DNA from: Phoronis australis
Lineage: Eukaryota > Animalia > Phoronida
Direction of reading: 5' to 3'
Assembly: GCA_002633005.1 (NCBI GenBank)
Contig: NMRA01000171.1
Location: 372,001 to 436,000 of the forward strand
DNA: 64,000 nucleotides
The position numbers and the translations under genes were made by a program. Shown piece by piece: positions 39,365 through 51,300 of this stretch. The notes beneath the pieces were generated by a model that was not told the DNA's origin, did no database searches, and saw only the letters and a list, made by a program, of their open reading frames with translations. The first letter of the stretch is position 1; each line of letters opens with the position of its first letter.

Positions 39365-42300
39365 TCATGCACTAGACTCCTTGAGATTAGCAAAGTATTC
39401 CGCGAACTGCTTTGATGTCATACCCAGAACACGATACTCATGTTCTGGTTCCATCATTGAATCCTCGAATGCATCGTCCACTAAGCTCTCATCATCTTCC
39501 GGCGGCTCTGCAGTTTCACATGGATTGGCTGTTATCCGAATACTACACTCTGAGCCGCGGTACGTAGACACTCCGCTGTTTCGCATATGAGTTGCTTCGG
39601 ATGAACTAGGTGGGCGACTCGCAACCGACTGGTTTCCTTTGAAATTTTCCTCAGGCATCAGTGTGGTGTCTAGCTTTGTGTTGATAAGGTTGCGTTCCAA
39701 TGTTGTTTTGCCAATCCAAACCCACTCATTGGCTCTCACCAACGAATCGTGTCCATCATTTAATTTGCTCTTCTTTTTGTATCGCTTGATGTAAATGATA
39801 CAATTAACAAGGAACACAGAAACGGCCAATGTGAAGACCCCCAGGAGGATGTACATGCCAATCTCCAGAGGTGTCATACTCTGCTCCACCCTCTTAGGAT
39901 GAGTCTGTACTGGTTCAGCCAATATCCCCGAGCTAGTCAATTTCCCATCATCCAGTTGGCTGTCCTCAGGACCTACCACTGCATTCATGGTTTTTGGCTT
40001 CACACGATCATATGGTTTGACTACCGGATTCTTATTCTTCACATCAGAAAATGTAGGGCGCCGCCAATGATCACTTGCTCTACTGTCAAAGGCATAGTTG
40101 CNCAGAAACGGCCAATGTGAAGACCCCCAGCAGGATGTACATGCCAATCTCCAGAGGTGTCATACTCTGCTCCACCCTCTTAGGATGAGTCTGTACTGGT
40201 TCAGCCAATATCCCCGAGCTAGTCAATTTCCCATCACCCAGTTGGCTGTCCTCAGGACCTACCACTGCATTCATGGTTTTTGGCTTCACACGATCATATG
40301 GTTTGACTACCGGATTCTTATTCTTCACATCAGAAAATGTAGGGCGCCGCCAATGATCACTTGCTCTACTGTCAAAGGCATAGTTGCCAGCATCATTCTG
40401 CAGCCCTTTGTAACCAAAATACTTTAAGTTGACATCTACATAGACTGAGCTGAGGGCTAGGGGGCGATACTTCTTCCTCTGACAGCTGTCCTTCAAGCCA
40501 AGCTCCACCTGAATGAGGTCACCCTTCCCTTGACCAACTGCGATTACTCGAGGCTGCTCATTGGAATACGATGGTCCAAACACGACCACATGATTGTCAC
40601 GTGACCTAATGTTTAAACTATAGTCGGTGTTTAATGTTTGAGAGAGTGGCATGTATGTTCCATCACTGAGCTTCACTGTCAGATCGAGAATCCCTTCCTG
40701 CAAAAATAAAGTATGACAGAATCAGTTAGAGTGCAAATTTGGGCAATGCTTTTACACCATTTTGTTGTGACAGGCACAAAGTTCACAATACAGGCATACT
40801 CATCCAGTACACAAAGTTCACAATACAGGCATACTCATCCAGTACATAAAGTTCACAATACAGGCATACTCATCCAGTACACAAAGTTCACAATACAGGC
40901 AATACTCATCCAGTACATAAACTTTTTGAAGATTTTTGATGCCCCCATTTTTTAAACACCTACCTCCCAACTGCACTTCTAAGAATTCTAATGGTGCAGA
41001 TCTCTGCTTTCTACTGTAAAGTCACATGTTTTCTAGTCCTGTGAGGACTTAAAGGTTGTTTGCGTTCTGATGAGAACCCACCTGTCAAGCATTAACTTGA
41101 ACACAAAATTACCTTTCAGTTGCTCTTTTCAATTATTCACTCAATATCTTCATGAAATGGTCTTAGCAAACAAATACCTAAATAACTTTGACTGTAGTTA
41201 GCATTTTGCTTTTGGCTGATGGGCAAAAACAAAGAAAAATGATGAATGTCCTTATAGCTAAGCCCAGCACAAATTGCAATGAATTCCATGTTGGCAAAGC
41301 AACACACAGATTAAAACAGAGGGCGCATCGAACACTCCAATAATGAGAACAGTCCACTGTGTTAACTTTCCCTGCTTACTTGTCAAAATATTGATTGGCA
41401 TGATGCCAGTGCACATATTCTTGGATGAGACATGAATAACAAAACACTATCCATACTTGAGGACATATTCTTGGATCAGACATGAATAACAAAACACTAT
41501 CCATACTTGAGGACATATTCATCCAAAGTCTTGGTAGAAACTGTCAGCAGTAGACTGACAAGCAGTTAGTTCTACATGTTTGCCAGCAGTGAGCAGTTGA
41601 TTATAGACCCATGTGATGACAAGCTAGTGATTATGGTATTATTATTTATAGTATCATTTACAGAAAAGAGAACTCAAGTATACTAGTGAATGACATGGAA
41701 TCATGGTATGGGACAGTGTTATGACGGGTCAGTCATGAGACAACACAAAAACACAAATTCTATCACATTAGTACATCTGATTTTGTGACGAGTTTTGTTT
41801 TTGGCTTCACTATATATAGGTAGAACGAATGTCACCAGGAAATTACACTGCTCTAGATGTCATTATATTTTGTTGCCTGTCTCAATGTTCTGTGCTGGAG
41901 TCTCGACATGTATTATCAAGTTGTTACCAATTTTGCTTGGGAAAGCTACAGGCGTAATTGAACCTGATGCCATTTTGTACACAGCCCAAACATTCTACTG
42001 ACATCCCACAGAGAGTCAGCGCAACACAAGCCACCGAGTGCTATCGCCGCTGACACTATTGTGTGACTTTTAGGCACTTTATCACCATTGCAACAGTTCG
42101 AGAGAATTACAGTTCAACTTCAACTTACAGACAAGTGTCATTTAACTTAAGAATTCAATTACTGACAGAGCTAGTTAAGAAAATGGACTCATTGCGTCTG
42201 GGTTCAAATCTTGACGCTCTGTAAAGTGTGGCGCTCCACCAAGTTTGGTCATGATATCAGAATTTCTCAGAATGTGCTTGAACTGGTGAAAAGCTTCAGA

Positions 42301-45300
42301 ACATTGTAACAGGCTGTAAATAATGAGACACGACTGAGCGAGACTGAGTTAATGAGACACTGATCCATCAAAACAGAGTGTTTCCCAGAATTAACATGTG
42401 ATCAGATGCTGCATTGGACTGTCTGTTTGAATGGACGTATGAACATTCGGCCGAGATTAATTAAGTGACTTAATTGAACTGCCCTTAATCCATTATCACA
42501 TCAAAAGCTATTAGTAATGGTCAGTGATGATCTACGTTCACTCATCCATGGGAGGGAATAGGACAGAAACATGGGGTGCACAGCATGACCTATGGGTGCG
42601 CTTTGTTCCTACATACTCGTGACTGACCGTGCGAATAAATACATAAAGCAACAGTTTCCCAATTATGTCATAAATTTTGCGTGTGTCCGCTGCTAGTAAA
42701 AGCACTTGTGTTACATGCTTGTTACCTACTTTATATAATCAGATGGCTGGCAAATAACTAAGAATCGTAGAATTTTGATTTTTTTCTTAGGTTAAAAAAT
42801 GGATAACTGGAAATGGAAATATTTCACCCAATAAGTTAAACAGAGAACATCTGTACATAAAGCAAATGATTTTAGCTCCAAACATCTCTCTCGCAGTCTC
42901 ATAGGTTCCAAGGTTTCCATACAGTTACCAACAAGTGAGGGCCTTAATCATCACAGTCATCCCAAGGACCAGAGGCTGAGATCCACCTACCTGATACTTG
43001 GTGTACATCACATTCTGCACATCGGTCACAGTCTTGTAAGTGCCCTTCAGGTCGTCACCAGGCTGTAGTCTCAGGTTCACCCCGGTCACCAGAGTCACTT
43101 CTAGCTTACTGATGGCTACCTTATCAGATGTGACATGGATCTCCCTGGATCCAGCTATCTCACCATTGGGAAGACGGACCTGTATAAAATAAAAAAGGAT
43201 ACTTAGATGTGAACCAGTTCTGAGAATTACATTGATGAAGATAAAAGACCCATTTTGTTTACACATTGACATTCAACATGCTCTTATGACCCCAAGAGAC
43301 CAACCACAGAATCAATGTCCATAGTGAGGTAGTTAGAGTCTATCGATGCCAGAACATCCATGTGTTAATTTTGCGAGGTGTGAATCGTAAGCTATCATTC
43401 CAACCACATCTACAATTTTCAAATGTCGTATTCCTGTGCCTTTTAGCTGGTCATGTGACGATGTATGAAAGAATAACTGGTATCAGACAACCAGAAACAT
43501 GAACGACCCATGTCTATGTGTGTCGGTCTGAACAAAAAGATATACCAACAATTAAATATTTTCGTTTAGTAATACACAGAATTATTGGTACCTATAAATT
43601 CCTTGATTGATGTTTAAGACTGTCAACTGCCATATTCAATTCTCTTAAGTAATGATACAATAACACATTAAATGACCCAGTTTTAGAAAGATAGGGTTGC
43701 AAACAAACATCTCGTGCGACTTACTCAGCTTTTTTAATTTTTCGATGTCTACATTATGGAAAAGTAAAAGAATGACATATGACAAACTAATCTTAATATA
43801 GTGTGCAACTGCGAGGCAGCTGCTGCCACGCCATACACGTGAGCAAGGCAGTTTTTACACGTTTGCCACACTTGCGCGTCACATTTTGACATGCTTTGTA
43901 CACGGTTTAATATTTTAGAAGCTAGTGTGTCAGTTTTTCTACACAGATGGTGGGGAAGTGACTGTTATGTTCCTACTGTGAAGCAGAGTCCAAGTTTGTC
44001 AGTATAGGCATATTCTTCTTTTTATACCATACAACCCTGCAATTGAGCACATGCACCTAATTGTGGAGCTGTGCCTAATTGCAGAACCTAGGTGCACAAC
44101 CATTACTCTAACCTTTTTATTTCCACGTTGGGCTTGGAGTGGGTAACTAGTCTACATTGTGGCTTAGAATTTAGCTGATGGTTGGAAATCATGGGTCATT
44201 CACACACAATAGGCATTTTGAAATTAACAAGCAAGGTCAGTGAAATCAGCTTTTTGTGAACCCTGTTAAAAGTCATACAAATAAACACAGCTTAAAAAAT
44301 TAGGTTTATAGTCCTGGCTGAGAAGATAATTGTTTCATTACCCTCTATGGATTAGCGGATAGCCAAGCCTGAAAAGTCACTCAGATTGTCACACGCTGCA
44401 TGAAATAAAAAATTTAATAATGTATGTTCTTAAAAACTCAAGGTGTGCCAATAATCGGGAGCACTGTATGCGCCTAACTGCGGCACTCAAGTGCATGAGT
44501 CTGTACGCAAAACACCTGTGTGGTAAACCATGCGTAAAAACGCATTGTTCCGCATAGGCGCACGCGTTTATTTGTGGAGTAGTATACGGTACACACATTT
44601 CAATTCAGTCATAATAAGACACATTGCATACTGGTGTTTTCATTCGCAGGTCACATTCATACATGGGAAGCAACGGGAACAATGTTTGATGTTAAACTAA
44701 CAGACTGGGCGAAGGAATTTATATGTTAACAAAACTTGCCAACATGAGTTTCTCAATAATTAACGAAGTAAGAATTCCCTTGTGATTAATTCCAAGCATG
44801 ACTGCATGTGTTTAAGCCTTCAGCGGTAATCAAGTGGTATTTAGCTATAGATAATTCTTTTTGCATCATGTTTACCATATAATACATAAATTTAGTGAGT
44901 TTGGTCAAATTGTCTAAAAGTTCTAGGCTACTATTGAAGGGCAGATCCAACATCAAGTCACCGTTACTCTAAATTTGAACATCATCCATGAATTATTTGA
45001 CAACATGAAGAGAGAACAGTGACTCCTATACTACATATGGCTGAAAAAAACCTTGTTGTACTGCTGAAGGATCAAGCATTATATACAGCCAGGTTTAGAA
45101 CAACATTCTTCAACTACTTTCATATTGAAAAATGCAGGTTCTAATTTTCAGTGTTGATACATGATATTCTTCTGTGGCCACAAGAAATGTTAATTGTCTT
45201 GCTCATGAAAGTGAAAAAAATGAACTAGGATGAGAAGACAGTCTTGGTCACTTATGGGTACAATCAGTTGTTTAATTGACATGGCGACTTTTAAATATCA

Positions 45301-48300
45301 GCTTTTAAAGATCAAATGCCGTATTTTGTTTGTGGTGTGTTTATGAAGAAGGTTACTCTCAAGCATTGTCTCACGTTGTGCTGTCCCATTACAAGTTACT
45401 CTGGCACAAGTTATTCCCCAAAAAAGAGTTGTTGCTAGGTCGCCTTATCAAGGTAGGTAATCTGTTCTAGGGTAAATTGCCCAAAAGCAAGTTGTAATGA
45501 AGATGCTAATCTGCAGACAAGGTGGAAGTAAGTAATTATCAGGTGTGCCCTTGCTCAGTTACATGAATACCAGTCTTAAAACCAACGTGCATGATACTTG
45601 CCAAGTTGCTGAAGGGCATGTTTGGGTAACTCATACTGTGGACATGACTATACACTAATGATGAATTTCAGACCAAGATTCAGCACCTCATTATCCATAG
45701 TTCAACACATGTTCAACATCAGAAAGCCATCAACTATGGTGAGTCTGTGCTCTGCTTATCTGCACAAAGTAATTGGTTTCTTGAGAGGGGATGAATATAT
45801 CAAAGAGATTAATACCCAGGTTAGCCATAGTTATAGTTCACTAGACTAACTCAATTACAAGGTGTGTTAAGTATGTGCATATTGCCTTTGTTTGGCAATC
45901 TTGACCTTTCTCTTCCACTTCTTTTCAGGAAATAAAAATGTTTTGAATTTTGTTGACCAGGCTTGGTAGTATTGCCTTAATGTGTAACCAAAACTATAGT
46001 TGAATCGGGCATATCTGCCAGAGTGCATGGATTAATGTTGTGATCAAAGGAACAACTAGAAAAGAGAGTCTCTCATGGGAATCTTGAGTTATGTATATGC
46101 AGATGTTGTTTTTGGCTTGATAAATCCCTTGAATTCTGATTTCGTCTAAGTTGTCAGTATCTGACCATGCAGCACACGACAAGCAGCTCTCAATCACCGG
46201 ATTCAAAGTACAGATGAACATTATGTGCCCATCCTAACAATGCCTGGACAAAGTGAAGAGGACGGATCTGAAAAGCTAATTTATGATCCTCTTGTCATCT
46301 CCCACACGTCCGGTTACAGCCATCGCTGTTAGACCTATCACAAAACATTTGTGAACTAAGTATCACCGTGACCAAATGATTATAATCTGTTGCCATTTCA
46401 ATTTTTGTTACAAGAGCAACGCAGAGCGTTGAAATGCGCCCACAATTGCACCGCATACGGTATCCTTCTAGGGTTGTTTATTGGTACCATAAAGTGGCCA
46501 GTAGAGGGCATATATGTAGTATGTTGTACTTTGCAAAATGGAAAGGCATCGTCATTGTCTCCTCAATAGGCTAGGGGCAAAATGTGAGTGATCTTCATAA
46601 TACAAGCACATCCTATACATCAGTTGCTTAAAGCACCACAGAAACATAGAATTAAAAACAAATTTACCAACATACGAGATTAGCACAGCATTAGAATGCC
46701 AGAAACAAATTTCTACTTGGAACTTTTCCTTCATAGTCACGAAGTAACACAAAGTATACACCTGAAGACCTATGAAAATACAGAGGTCAATGTAAAATAC
46801 TAAAATTGCCACTAGAGGCATACCGGTAGTCAGAATCATCCTAAAGTCGTCATCGTCCGTTGTCAACATCACATAAATACACTTGCTAAATTTAGTAAAG
46901 ATCCTGCAAACGGTTTGGGAGATACAGCCATGGGCGCAAAAAAAAACCGCCACTAGGAGGCGCCACAGTAATCAAAGTCATGGGAAATTCAGCGTCAACC
47001 GTCCTCTTCATAGTAAGAACATACATGCCAATTTTCACAATCATACTTAGAGCGGTTTGGTTGATAGAGGGGTGGACGCCAAAAAACAGACTCAAAAACA
47101 GTAAAAATGGCCACTGGGTGTCGCAAACTAGGTCGAATCCATCCGAAAACGGGAGGATAGCGTCATCGCACTAATAGGTGCCTACATACCAAATTTCATG
47201 AAAATCCGTTAAGGACTTTTGAAGATACAAAGGTAAACGTAAAAAAATAAAATTGCCACTAGGGGGCACACTGGTAGGCGGATCCGTCCAAAAGTCGTCA
47301 TCGTCTGTTGTTAACATCATATAAATACACTTATTAAATTTCGTAAAGATCCTGCGAACGGTTTAGGAGATACAGCCATAGGCGCAAAAAAAAAAAAAAA
47401 CTGACACTAGGAAGCGCCACAGTAGTCGAAATCGTCGGAAAATCATCGTCAACCGTCCTCTACATAGTAAGCATATACATGCCAATTTTCACAATCATCC
47501 TTTGAGCGGTTTGGTTGATAGAGGGGTGGACGCACAAAAACAGACTCGAAAACACTAAAAATGGCCACTAGGTGGCGCAAACTATGTCAAATCCATCTGA
47601 AAACGGCAGGATAGCGTCATCTCACTAATAGGTGCCTACATACCAAATTTCATGAAAATCCGTTCAGGACTTTTGAAGATACAAAGGTAAGCGTAAAAAA
47701 TTAAAATTGCCACTAGGGGGCACAGCGGTAGTCGGATCCGTCCGAAAGTTCGCACATGCTGTCCCATTCATGAATGGAACATATGTGCCAAATTTCATGA
47801 ATGTATGTCAAAGGGTTTTGGAGATAAAGCAGCGGACGCCGGACGCCGCCCGGACGGACGGAGATAACGGCATAATGCGTCCACATATAAATGTGGGCGC
47901 ATAAAAATGCACACGAGTATCGAAAAGCCACATCACTCTCAGTACCTGTATTTCTGTGTGCCCGGCCATAGTCCCTTGTATAACATTCCTTCTCAATGAA
48001 GCCACGCCCCCATCAGTCAGTCTCAGCCGACTAACCACCACGTCTGTAATATCCACATAAGCCTTAGGATTGACCACAAACTTCCTCACTGGTGTATTGG
48101 TGTAAAATCGAGCGTACACTTTGACCTCTGTCTGCTGATAGCGAGGCTGACACATCGTCCGTGCAGTACTCTGAAGTAGGCTGGGGTAAGTGAGCAGGCC
48201 AAAGTCAGCACCTCGCTTCCGTCTAGAGAAGATGGATAACAATCACGACTGAACAACAGGTGTCACTACCATCAGCATCATAAAAGAGGAACCCAACCGT

Positions 48301-51300
48301 TTTTGATGTTACAATTACATGAACACAGACTGTGCAGCTATTTGGTTTGCGCAATAGAAGTGAATATAGAACAAGGCCTATTCTGGGGGCCGTTTATCCA
48401 GGGAACGATATTTAACACGGAAATGCATCATTCTAAGATAACCAGGGATCTGTATTTCTGCGACAAGTAACATCGAAAACAGTTAACTTTGCCTTTAAGG
48501 ATTAGTGTTCATTGTAATTGCATTAAAATACAGCTAGTTTCTTGTTATATATTGAATTCTGACCCAGTAGACAGCTGTTGAGATGAAGGACAGCTGAAAA
48601 TGAAAATGTATAAAAAATAACAAAAAAATCCGATTTAAGGATTCTCCTTGTTGATGTGACAGTGCCATTCAAGCATATTCTAACATAAAGCAGGTTGGGT
48701 AGTTAGCACGTGGACAACATGAAGAAGCCGATTCAACTTATTGAACTAAACTGATGTTCAGTGTTTGAAAATGGCAGGATTACGTTGATTATCAGAACAG
48801 TGGAACAACTACTCATTAGTTTATACTTTGCCACTGATTACAATGAAACAGACTCATCCTTTAAAGGCCAACAGTACAGTGATAACAAACACCGTTTACT
48901 TAATGATGTTAATGTTGTTTACATTACTTCAAGATGATGACAGATGACTATTACAAGAAGCCATTCACCAAAATCAATGCTGTTTGACTATAATACAGGC
49001 AAGTCTCATTAATCAAAAACCCATTACCAACTTGGCTAATAACCAAAGTAAAGAAACAGACAGAGGAAAAAGATAACTATCGGTATGTGATCTTTTGCCT
49101 GGCAGCTATTTTCAGAGCACAGAATTAGATGATTACAACCAATCAGCCAACAAAGAATGGGAACATAAACAAAGCAAAACACAATGATCAAGACAGAAAA
49201 CATGTGCAGGGGCAGAAATTGAGAATATTGAATGAGCTGAGTTAGGGCAAAAACTTGAGACACTTCAAATTAGATTTGTAACAAAATACCAGGGAAACAG
49301 TTTTGTTAGTGGGACAATTTATAATGGTTTGCAGCACAGAACCCTCCTTTTGTCTATTTTTCACCTAATTACGACTTACAACTATGGAGACTCCGAATTA
49401 TGTTATGATTTTTTAGGAGAAAGAGAGACTCTTCTCTCAACCAAAAACTGTGAAAGCATCAGATTTCCTTTCAAGCTACAATGGTTGAAATAGAACAATT
49501 TTTCCACATACATTACATTACATTTTAGTTAAGGTAAAATTTGAAAAGGTTTCTATGATTTAGAAACACTATTTAATACTGAATGGTAAAGTTTTGGATA
49601 AACCACATTGCAGGTGACCTTGGGGCAGAAAGTTGATGTCATTGATCTACCGCTTTGCCCATCGTCTTCACATGGCAGACATTGCTGCACCAGGCTTGGA
49701 TAAAAGCAGAAGTCAACTCACCCAACAAGTAGAAACGTGCAATTTTACAATAAAATGACAGAGAAGCAAACGTTTGATTTATTACAACAGTCTACTTCGG
49801 TACTGTTGAGAATGCATCACAACATTTTGACAAGGCTCTGGAATATACCATACTTGTCCAGTTAACTACCCAGGGCAGCGATGGGAGCTTAAAATTTTTT
49901 TAAAATTGAGAAGTCGAGGGTGGATCGGACAAATGAGAGCTTACATGTGCAAAAATTGAGTAAAAGTTTGGCAGAGTACATACAATAAATAGTTAAGCCA
50001 GGGTAACAGAGTAAGTTCTGCTGAAATTGACTGATCTTCACTCAAAGGTACATAAGTGAGTTGCTTGCTTTTTGAAGTTGGAATTCTGATGAAACAAGAA
50101 TTCGTAAAGGGACGAGGACCTTTTAAGTAGTCTTGGTTGTATAATTTTTGGGGGTAGGCAGTTACAAGCTGAGCATCAACTTTAACCAACACGACTACGC
50201 CAACTACATCCTACATTTTATATTGATTTACAACATTTACGCTTTACAAAATGAAAATTCTAAACATAGAAAACATAAGATTCAAGCTAAAAAATATATA
50301 CATTTGAAAATTCACTACTTACATTGAAAATAAAAATAGTTAGTACATCTTACATAGGGAACATAACCCAGACAATTGCCTGGTATCAGGGCTGCTCAGT
50401 GCCACAACACATAGCATTGTAAGAAGGGTGAAAAAGAAAACAAACTGATTCCAATGAAAGACTAACAAAGCAGCTGATGATGCCTTTGCCACTTACCCGT
50501 GCTTAGTGAGATGAAGTCTAAAGAAATGGGAATCAAGTCAATTAAAAAGACTAGAATGAAACTGCAGAGGAATGGGACAAACAAATTCACGTATGAAAGA
50601 ATGTCATTACAGTTCCAAATGCACTGTGCCATAAATGTCAAGGTTTCACATTCTTCAGGCAACAACAAAAGCGTAGAGCAAATTTTTTTAATTATTTCCA
50701 GCACATTGTTATGGGTAGTCCATGACTGGCCTGCAAACTCAGATATAATGCTCTGCCATTTCTAATTTTGCATTAATTTTATTGTTCAATGATTGTTTTG
50801 TTTCATACAATAAACATTACCTCGTTAAAGAACTGTTTGCAAATGCCATCACAACAAATACTACAGCAATAATATTCCTTGGAAGGTTTAGTTGGAGCTA
50901 TAGAGATTTCAAACATATCTCTTTATAAGGATTTCAAAGCCAATGCAAACATGAATCAAAGGTTTTGTACTGCAAAAATACCACCCCATATACCACATTT
51001 TGATTAGAAAATGCACCATTCTCAACATTTTCAGTGTAGAACAGCTTTTTCTCCAATATACTTGGTCTGGAAATCCTATCATCCCATTGGCCCTTGCCAA
51101 TGCCGTGCCTTCCGATAAAGATTTTCGCCCAAATAATTACTCTGTTTAGCACAACAGCTAGTATTAATAGGACCTCTTAGCCAAAATTGGGCTCCAACTG
51201 TATGAAAAGAGAAGCACAGTGCATCTGTACTCTGGTTGACTTCAGATCATGCATGCAATTAAAGGCACTTTCCATGCAATATGGGTTTCAACTCAGTCCA

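Noticed and set aside
40086-40703. Second TMEM132 paralog or tandem exon duplication
   Set aside because: Exact-length overlap around a single N indicates an assembly artefact
42165-42225. tRNA-like B-box GGGTTCAAATC
   Set aside because: No cloverleaf can be folded; at most a decayed SINE head
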